Under the pieces are notes generated by a model that saw nothing but the letters and a program-made list of their open reading frames with translations, was not told the DNA's origin and did no database searches. Positions 23,732 to 30,086 of a DNA stretch of 32,000 nucleotides are shown here, one piece after another. Within the stretch, counting starts at the first letter, position 1, and every line of letters starts with the position of its first letter. The position numbers were made by a program, and so were the translations under genes. Where the stretch lies: the NCBI RefSeq assembly GCF_000017945.1, contig NC_009776.1, positions 180,001 through 212,000 on the forward strand, written 5' to 3'. This DNA is from Ignicoccus hospitalis KIN4/I. Lineage in GTDB: Archaea; Thermoproteota; Thermoprotei_A; Sulfolobales; Ignicoccaceae.

Positions 23732-24101
23732 CCTTCCTACACCTCTTCCGCCGCTTCTCGGACCGAATCTCCATAGCTTTTACCATCCACTCGCGGGGCA
23801 CCAGCTCGAACGGGCACCCCTCCAGCTCGGTTACCCATAACGGCCTGGGCGGCAGCTCTACGTCTGCAAAGTAGGCGACTTCGACCCCCTCGAGCTCTTT
23901 GGCTGAGAGCTCCAACGCTCTAGAGATCTGCTTCGTGCCGAAGTAATATAGCAAAACCTCTACGGGGAAATAGCTGGAGATCGTGCATCCTTTAACAAAG
24001 TCGTCGTAAGCTAAGGCAGCGGCGGCCCTCAGCCTCACCGGGTCGGTGCCGTAGGCGTGCCTAGGCCTCTCCGGAACCTCCGCCTTCCCCCAGAATATCA
24101 A
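23703..24101 (-). CDS. hypothetical protein (132 aa maximum; a GTG start at 24038 gives 111 aa)
   Basis: The only same-strand ORF filling the gap between the PRT and UPF0210 genes. It has a Lys/Arg-rich C-terminus. The longest form overlaps both neighbours (41 nt and 29 nt). Confidence 0.45.
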   Translation of the reverse strand: MIFWGKAEVPERPRHAYGTDPVRLRAAAALAYDDFVKGCTISSYFPVEVLLYYFGTKQISRALELSAKELEGVEVAYFADVELPPRPLWVTELEGCPFELVPREWMVKAMEIRSEKRRKRCRKVEVQARGDS

Positions 24102-24591
24102 GCTCGACCCCCAAGGCCTCCTCTAGGGCGCCCTTAACGCTGGGGTCCTCTCTGAGCGTTTCAGACGCGTCCCACGGGAAGACGATCCAGTTCCCGCTCT
24201 CCTTGACCCAGAGATCAACCTCCTCCGAGCACTGAGGTTTTTTGAACAAAACTGCGGTAGTTATTGACTTGGGGGAGTAAGCCTCGAGGAACTTCTTAGC
24301 GACGCTCAAGGTCTCGCCGGAGTCGCACACGTCGTCCACTAAGAGGATTCTCAAGTCCGTCACGTTGCCAATGAGCGGCAGCGTGACGACCGGTTTGCCC
24401 TTCTTCCCTATCCCTCTGTAACTCTTGATTCTCATGACGTACAATTCCAAGCCCAAGGCATCTGCTATTAGGTGGGCCGGGACGTAGCCTCCCCTTAAGA
24501 GACCCACCACTGCGTCCACCGAATCGCCGATCGCCTTTGCCAACTCCAAACTCATCTTGTGGACTTCTTCCCAACTCACGACTTCGTACAT
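24061..24591 (-). CDS. purine phosphoribosyltransferase, xanthine-guanine PRT (Gpt)-like
   Basis: Started at ATG 24591 (MYEVVSWEEV...), which parallels the Gpt N-terminus. VVGLLRGGYVPAHLIADALG is present. The PRPP loop is ILLVDDVCDSGETL. The C-terminal WIVFPWD is also present. Confidence 0.8.
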   Translation of the reverse strand: MYEVVSWEEVHKMSLELAKAIGDSVDAVVGLLRGGYVPAHLIADALGLELYVMRIKSYRGIGKKGKPVVTLPLIGNVTDLRILLVDDVCDSGETLSVAKKFLEAYSPKSITTAVLFKKPQCSEEVDLWVKESGNWIVFPWDASETLREDPSVKGALEEALGVELDILGEGGGSGEA

Positions 24592-24732
24592 CCGGGGGCC
24601 CTCAAGCGTGAGGAGTGGGAGGGTTTGTGCCCTACCCCTGACCCTCCGAGTCATCGCCCGGTGCACCGGCCTCCTCGGAGTTCTCTTTGGTAGGGCCGGT
24701 CCCCGTAGGCTGGCCCTCGCGTTATTTAAAAA

Positions 24733-25092
24733 TCATTTGAGGAGCGCTTCGTAGCTCTTTACCTCGTCGCTGACGACGAGCACTGCCTTAAGGCCGGCTA
24801 TGTCTACATCAAACTTTACGTTCAATATTTCGTTGGGTTTCAACTCTTTCCTCTCGAGGACCGTCTCTTCGCCCCTCCTCCTTATCACCTTGCCGTCGGG
24901 GGCGTTAACGGTGTAATAGTAAAGCACGGAGAGCCTTTCAATGAAGACGGGCTTATCCGACGCGTTCCGTATAACGGCCTTGTTCCCCTCTACGCTCGCC
25001 TCCAAGGGACCTAGGGCAGCCTTCAAGACGCGGCTCAGCTCCGAGCTAAGCTTCGATCGAGCTCTTAATGAGACTTCCTCCACCGAACTCAC
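24733..25092 (-). CDS. hypothetical protein, 119 aa
   Basis: Coherent beta-rich ORF on the same strand as its neighbours. GTG start. There is no promoter-like element in the 56-nt spacer to the upstream MscS-like gene, so it is probably co-transcribed. Confidence 0.5.
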   Translation of the reverse strand: MSSVEEVSLRARSKLSSELSRVLKAALGPLEASVEGNKAVIRNASDKPVFIERLSVLYYYTVNAPDGKVIRRRGEETVLERKELKPNEILNVKFDVDIAGLKAVLVVSDEVKSYEALLK

Positions 25093-25148
25093 TTGAGAGA
25101 AGAGTCATCACCGGCTCAGGAGACCGTCGTTCGATCATCGTTCGGGCC

Positions 25149-25910
25149 TCACTTCACCATTAGCGAGTGCTCCCTCCTTATCTCGAACTTTACCCCCTCT
25201 ACTAGCTTCCCCAGCTTGTTTGCCAACAACTTCATTATGTCGTTTGTGACTTCATAGTTCCTCAGTCCGTAGGTGAGCTCGTACTCGATCCAGTCGTTCC
25301 CCACCCCCCTTACCTTTATTTTGGGTTCGGCAACGCTGAACTTCTTGGTGTAAACGACAGCGTCCTTCAAGGCCTCTTCAATGGCGTTGAAGTCATTCAC
25401 CCCGTAGAACCGGACGGTTAGCGTGAAGGGCAAGGAACGGCTCGGTATCCTCACGAGCTCCATCGCGACCAAGCTGTTGGGCACTCTTATGGTTTCCTCG
25501 TACTCTCCCCTGAGCTCTACGAAGAACGGCGTTATCCTCTTTATCCAGCCCCTCACGCCCCTCGTTAAGATAACGAAGTTGCCTACGTTGACTATCTTAG
25601 TGGACGTTATTATGTAGTAGTGGACGATGGACCTCACTACGTCCCAGAGGAGGAACGGCGTGGTGATCAGTAACGCAGAGAGTAAGAACGCTAGTACTTG
25701 AGGAGACAGGTACCCTACGAAGTCCCCTACAATTAACATTATCATGAAGATGTAGTCGAGTATGTGGGTTACGTCTTTGGCACTCGTCGGGGTCATTATC
25801 CTCCTCTTAACCATGTCCTTTATTATCTTTATCCTTAAGAACAAGTAAGCAAGCACGAGTAATATCGAGTAGGGGACGGTAACGTACAGCCACAGCTCCA
25901 CGTCTCTCAC
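25149..25910 (-). CDS. small-conductance mechanosensitive channel (MscS)-like membrane protein
   Basis: Three or four N-terminal TM segments. The MscS beta-domain pattern follows: VNVGNFVILTRGVRGWIKRITPFFVELRGEYEETIRVPNSLV. The GTG start overlaps the trkA stop (GTGA). Confidence 0.7.
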   Translation of the reverse strand: MRDVELWLYVTVPYSILLVLAYLFLRIKIIKDMVKRRIMTPTSAKDVTHILDYIFMIMLIVGDFVGYLSPQVLAFLLSALLITTPFLLWDVVRSIVHYYIITSTKIVNVGNFVILTRGVRGWIKRITPFFVELRGEYEETIRVPNSLVAMELVRIPSRSLPFTLTVRFYGVNDFNAIEEALKDAVVYTKKFSVAEPKIKVRGVGNDWIEYELTYGLRNYEVTNDIMKLLANKLGKLVEGVKFEIRREHSLMVK

Positions 25911-26569
25911 CTCAGCGCGCTCTCGATCTCCTCCTCCCTCCCGACCGGGGCGAGTAAGATCAGGATGTACCCCGGCTCCAAAGTTAATTCCTCCTCGGGT
26001 TCCACGAACTGTTCGCCGTTGAAGACCGCTAATATCATCACGTCCTTTGGCAATATCTCTTTTATTTCGCTTATTTTCATGCCTACGCTGCTGTCTCCCG
26101 AAGTGATCTCTATTGAGTATATCCCGTACTTGCCGCTGAGGACCTTAGTCAGCTCCACTATCCCGTATTTACCCTCGATGTAGCTGAGCACGAGCTTGGC
26201 CGACACTATCGGCGATGGGAAAGTGACGTCCGCCAGACCTAACATCTCTATAAGCTCTGAGGCTTTGGCCGTCCTCGTGACGACCACTATGTTCCCTACC
26301 CCGTATTCCTTTGCTACTGCAGCTACGAACAAGTTTACTTCATCCCGGTCTGTGGAGGCTATGACTACGTCGAAGCTCCCCAGCTCGAGCTCTTCATAGA
26401 GGCTCGGGTCCGTGGCGTCCCTGTTGATCACCATGACGTCTGCCTCCCTCGCCAGCGCTTGACACTTCTCGCTGTTAACGTCAACCGCCACTACGTCGTA
26501 ACCTTTCAAGCTTAAGTCGGTGGCCACGCGGCGCCCCAACTCGCCTATCCCTACGACTAAGATTTTCAA
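25907..26569 (-). CDS. trkA: TrkA/RCK protein (TrkA-N NAD-binding plus TrkA-C domains)
   Basis: MKILVVGIGELGRRVATDL is a Rossmann GxGxxG motif. DVVAVD is present. The C-terminal TrkA-C pattern is (GMKISEI...ILAVFNGEQFVEPEEELTLEPGYILILLAP). TTG start. Confidence 0.88.
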   Translation of the reverse strand: MKILVVGIGELGRRVATDLSLKGYDVVAVDVNSEKCQALAREADVMVINRDATDPSLYEELELGSFDVVIASTDRDEVNLFVAAVAKEYGVGNIVVVTRTAKASELIEMLGLADVTFPSPIVSAKLVLSYIEGKYGIVELTKVLSGKYGIYSIEITSGDSSVGMKISEIKEILPKDVMILAVFNGEQFVEPEEELTLEPGYILILLAPVGREEEIESALR

Positions 26570-26575
26570 CTCCTA

Positions 26576-26884
26576 TCACCCCATTGCCACTTCTAAGGCT
26601 AACAGAGTTGCCCACGCGGTATACACGTAAGGGAGCATAGCCTTATCCGGCCGAGTTATCGAAATTATGGACATTATGAGGTAGCTCGTGATTACCAACG
26701 GTATCCAGTCGATCAAGTTCAACCTCAAGAGAGAGGTGAGGAATATTAAATGCGCTCCGGTGGCGTAGGCCAACGCGAACGGCCTCTCTTTCTTTACCTT
26801 GTCCCTTAGCGTTCTCCAGAACACCGTTGAGAGCGAATAGAGGAAGGCGTAGTTCAGCAACAACAGCTCGCCCCAGTCCGCCAA
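26576..26884 (-). CDS. small integral membrane protein (about 102 aa; the ORF extends to 26938)
   Basis: Three predicted hydrophobic helices. The TTG at 26884 avoids overlap with the upstream phosphoesterase gene. The longest form starts at GTG 26938. Confidence 0.5.
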   Translation of the reverse strand: MADWGELLLLNYAFLYSLSTVFWRTLRDKVKKERPFALAYATGAHLIFLTSLLRLNLIDWIPLVITSYLIMSIISITRPDKAMLPYVYTAWATLLALEVAMG

Positions 26885-26915
26885 AACCCTTGCCCGCCGG
26901 GGCCCTCGCGTTGAA

Positions 26916-27665
26916 CTAAATGAGCTTCCGCTGCACACCTATGGCTATCTTCGTCGGCTTTCCCCTGGCCGGGAGTGCCACGTTATAGATGGTCAACCTA
27001 CCCAAGTTGACGTAGGCCACCCTGCCGTAGTGGGCGTGGCCGTGGACGGCCAGCCTTACTCCCTCTTCCAACAACACCCTTTCGATCCTGGGGTCGCCCA
27101 AGTAAGGCCATATGCTCCTCTTCTCGCCCACCAACGTCTTCCACGTAGGAGCATAATGACTCAAGTAGATGACTGTGGGACACTCCTTCTTAGCCTCCCT
27201 TATTAACTTTCTAATGACTTCGGGCTTCTTAGAGTACTCCTCCTCTATGTTGGGCAAGTGCTTCCTCTGCCAAGAGGTGGGCCTCAACAGAGAGCCCCGG
27301 GAACCCACCACGCTAACGCACGGACCTCCCAAGTCCATCACCGCGTACTCGTCGTCCAGCCAGCGGACTTCCGGGTAGGCCTCCCTGAACTCCTCCTCCT
27401 TCTCCCTGTACTCCTCGTTCCCGAAGACCGATATGATGAAGTCCGATCTGGACTTGGCGAACTCCACAACTGGCCGCAAGTTCTCTACCCTAGACCTCTC
27501 CACCAAGTCGCCGGCCATCAGGGTTAGGCGGTAGCGACCGTCAGCTTTTAATAGATGGAGGTATTTAGGGGAATGGACGTCGGAAAACGCGAGCGCTAAC
27601 AAGTGGTTCCCGGTCGATGTCTGTCGAAGAAGGGACTTAGGTGTGATCCCCCAACATTTGAACAT
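26916..27665 (-). CDS. metallophosphoesterase (calcineurin-like)
   Basis: Motifs SDVH, GDLV, GNEE, SHYAP and VHGHAH appear in order. The ATG at 27665 overlaps the divergent ORF by 63 nt. An alternative TTG at 27602 (LLALAFSDVH) abuts it exactly. Confidence 0.85.
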   Translation of the reverse strand: MFKCWGITPKSLLRQTSTGNHLLALAFSDVHSPKYLHLLKADGRYRLTLMAGDLVERSRVENLRPVVEFAKSRSDFIISVFGNEEYREKEEEFREAYPEVRWLDDEYAVMDLGGPCVSVVGSRGSLLRPTSWQRKHLPNIEEEYSKKPEVIRKLIREAKKECPTVIYLSHYAPTWKTLVGEKRSIWPYLGDPRIERVLLEEGVRLAVHGHAHYGRVAYVNLGRLTIYNVALPARGKPTKIAIGVQRKLI

Positions 27666-28457
27666 CCTTCCAGAAGGTCGGAGAGGTGGTCGAAACTGAG
27701 CAGTAAGGGGAGGCGTAAGAAGAGCAGCAAGGTCAAGAGGAGGCAGTGGGACCCAGCTAAGTTCGCGGAGGACGCGGCCCCCTTGGTGGCCTCCGCCCTA
27801 GGTTTGGACTCCTTGGGCTTGAGCGAGGACGAATACGTAGAGCTCTTGAGAGATATAATAGTGGGCTTGGTTGGCGACAGGGTGACCAAGCCGAAGCCGG
27901 AGAACATAATTAAAAACATAAGGAGAAACGAAAGCAGGATAATGTCAATAATAGCGTTCAAATTGTTAGAGGTAGTTCCGGAGGGCAAGCTCACGCCCGA
28001 ACAGTACGAGTTCGTAGCGGCGAACATAGGGCCTTTGGTAATACCGGTGGCCCAGCGCTTGTACAAAGAGGCCAAGAGGCTCGGGCTGGACGTCACCCCC
28101 CTCCAAGGGGCTTGGGAGGAAGGCTGGAGGCTGCGGGGCGACCCGGGGCCGGTGGGCTACTGTCCGAACTGCGGTTTCAGAGCGGTGGCCCCGGACGGGA
28201 GCTGCATGGTCTGTGGGAAGGTGCTGGACGACAAGGAGCTGAAGGAGGCGGTGGAGTTCGACGCGAAGTTCGAGGAGTTCTTGGAGACTGCGTCGTGCAA
28301 CGAACTCAAGGAGGCCTTTAAGAGGGGGACCCTCTACGTCTCCCACGCCTCCACGTCCCTCGAGCCGCAGACGAAGTGGGACGTGGAGGTGTTTCTGAGC
28401 AAGAAGGAGAGGGAGGCGCTGAGGTCCGCTATCTCCCGGCGCTGTCAGCCCTCCTAA
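27603..28457 (+). CDS. hypothetical zinc-ribbon protein with Lys/Arg-rich N-terminus
   Basis: CPNCGFRAVAPDGSCMVCG is a CxxC-x10-CxxC ribbon. The N-terminal segment is KGRRKKSSKVKRRQW. The GTG at 27603 is preceded by TATA-like GTATTTAGG (27561-27569). The next in-frame starts are at 27783/27786. Confidence 0.6.
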   Translation: MVPGRCLSKKGLRCDPPTFEHPSRRSERWSKLSSKGRRKKSSKVKRRQWDPAKFAEDAAPLVASALGLDSLGLSEDEYVELLRDIIVGLVGDRVTKPKPENIIKNIRRNESRIMSIIAFKLLEVVPEGKLTPEQYEFVAANIGPLVIPVAQRLYKEAKRLGLDVTPLQGAWEEGWRLRGDPGPVGYCPNCGFRAVAPDGSCMVCGKVLDDKELKEAVEFDAKFEEFLETASCNELKEAFKRGTLYVSHASTSLEPQTKWDVEVFLSKKEREALRSAISRRCQPS

Positions 28458-28863
28458 ACTTCTCCAACGCCCCTTCGTCCACCCTGCCCTTGAACACGGC
28501 GACCACGCGCACCACGTCAGAGCCCGTGCTCAACGATACCTCGTTCAAGTAGGCCCTCTGTTTGTCAAACCTCAAGTAAAGCTTGCTCCCCTCGGTCCTC
28601 AAGTCCATCTCACGCTTCAGTATCTGATACTCGAGCTCGTCCATCCTACTAATTATGTTCCTAAGCGCCTTTTGTGCCTTCTTGCCCTTAATCACCATCT
28701 TTACGTACGTAATGGGGTTGCCGTGGTGCCCCCTCGACCTAAGCGTCTCGACCTCGTCCACGTCCTCTTTATTAAGACCCAACAAGTTGAATACGGATTC
28801 CATGACCTTTTCGGGGTCTTCGGTCGCGTGTATTATAACGGTTACTTCTACCCTCTCTATCAT
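28429..28863 (-). CDS. UPF0201 (DUF54) family predicted RNA-binding protein
   Basis: VEVTVIIHATEDPEKVMESVFNLL matches the conserved PTED-EKV N-terminal signature I recall for UPF0201. 144 aa. The ATG overlaps the upstream stop (ATGA). Confidence 0.65.
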   Translation of the reverse strand: MIERVEVTVIIHATEDPEKVMESVFNLLGLNKEDVDEVETLRSRGHHGNPITYVKMVIKGKKAQKALRNIISRMDELEYQILKREMDLRTEGSKLYLRFDKQRAYLNEVSLSTGSDVVRVVAVFKGRVDEGALEKFRRADSAGR

Positions 28864-29297
28864 TTCAAGCCCGCCAAAATTAAGGCCGCGGCGCCTATAG
28901 GGCCTATCTCGCCCTCCAAGCCCTTAGGGTAAATTGCCTTCCCCTTAGAGGCCTCTAGCTTGCTGAGCCCGGGCTCGCTGGCGCCCACCACGACTAGGGT
29001 TACGCCCTCCGCCTCCACGCGCTCCACTTCCTCGCCGTACTCCCTTGAGACCGTGTACACCCTCTGGGGCTTCAGCAACTCCAACGCGTCGTCTATGTCT
29101 GGGAAGACGAAAAACGCCTTGTCCAGTTTGTACGCCAACTTGCTCACCTCTGGGACGCCTATCTGTGCCGCGGCGCCCGAGGGCTTCGTGACCACGAGTC
29201 CGCTCACGGGCTCCCCGAAACCGAAGGCGAGCTTGGCCAAGTCCTCTAAGCGTTGGACGCTCGTGGGCGCATGTGCGACGACGAATACCTTCTTCAA
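28860..29297 (-). CDS. small conserved-looking protein, possibly SPOUT-like (trefoil knot) fold
   Basis: 145 aa. The pattern VVVGASEPGLS...GEIGPIGAAALILAGL resembles the C-terminal knot motif of SpoU/SPOUT-type proteins. The functional call is weak. TTG start. Confidence 0.4.
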   Translation of the reverse strand: MKKVFVVAHAPTSVQRLEDLAKLAFGFGEPVSGLVVTKPSGAAAQIGVPEVSKLAYKLDKAFFVFPDIDDALELLKPQRVYTVSREYGEEVERVEAEGVTLVVVGASEPGLSKLEASKGKAIYPKGLEGEIGPIGAAALILAGLK

Positions 29298-29326
29298 GGT
29301 TCTCTGGGCCGACCCCTCTAAGGGAC

Positions 29327-29953
29327 TTAAATCTTGATTGCGTCGCCGCCCTTTATAAGGTCTTCAACGAACTCCCCTAAATTGTTGTAGGTCTTAGCGT
29401 TTATTTTCTTGGAAATCTCCTTAGCCCTCTTCCCGACGACAACAGCTTCGTCGGCTCTCTCTAACATTTTAATATCGTTGTAGCCGTCACCCACGGCCAA
29501 AACGAAGTCGAACCATGGGCGCAGCTTATCCACGACCTCTCCCTTTTCTTTAAATACGGGTAACACGCCCACGATCACGCCGTTGTGATAGATAAGCTTT
29601 TGGGAGACGTAGTCGTCCACCCCTAGGGCGTGCGCCACCGGGGCCACGAACTCCTCGAAGCCTCCGGAAACTATCATCGTTACGTACTGCCTCTTCTTCA
29701 ACTCGGAAATCAAGGTTACGGCCTCCGGCCTTATCTTCCCTATAGCCCTCTTGGCCACGCTCTCCACTACTTCCTTCGGGGTCCCGAGGATGAGCCTCAC
29801 CCTGTCCAAGAAGCTCTCGTACCAGCCCGGCCCCCTCAACCCCTTCTCTAAGAGCAATTTGAGGCTCTGATCCCCCTTAACATCGGCCATCTCCTCCCAG
29901 AACTCAAAGTCTATCAATGTGCCCTCTAAGTCGAGGAGCGCCAGCTTCTTCAA
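29327..29953 (-). CDS. HAD-superfamily hydrolase, subfamily IB (phosphoserine phosphatase-like)
   Basis: Motif I is LLDLEGTL, with Glu in place of the second Asp of DxDxT. Motif II is IVSGG. Motifs III/IV are K...GDGYNDIKML. 208 aa. TTG start. Confidence 0.8.
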   Translation of the reverse strand: MKKLALLDLEGTLIDFEFWEEMADVKGDQSLKLLLEKGLRGPGWYESFLDRVRLILGTPKEVVESVAKRAIGKIRPEAVTLISELKKRQYVTMIVSGGFEEFVAPVAHALGVDDYVSQKLIYHNGVIVGVLPVFKEKGEVVDKLRPWFDFVLAVGDGYNDIKMLERADEAVVVGKRAKEISKKINAKTYNNLGEFVEDLIKGGDAIKI

Positions 29954-30086
29954 TCGCGCGACCCGGAGGGGCTTCGGCGTTCCCGATTTACCTCTTTAGC
30001 TGCGCTTGTACTTCCTACCACCAATTCATAAAGCTACACTAGGTAGCTTATTATCCTCCTCCGCTCTCGCCCCGAACCCGGGTAAC

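Noticed and set aside
25093-25148. Perfect C-box-like GUGAUGA (minus strand) in the spacer between the MscS-like gene and the 119-aa ORF
   Set aside because: There is no CUGA D box at a compatible distance (the nearest downstream CUGA is about 66 nt away, inside coding sequence), no C'/D' pair and no terminal stem.
27596-28096. 166-aa minus-strand ORF opposite the zinc-ribbon gene
   Set aside because: It is Ser/Leu/Thr-rich. The plus-strand frame has a balanced composition and a CxxC...CxxC motif, so the plus frame was preferred.
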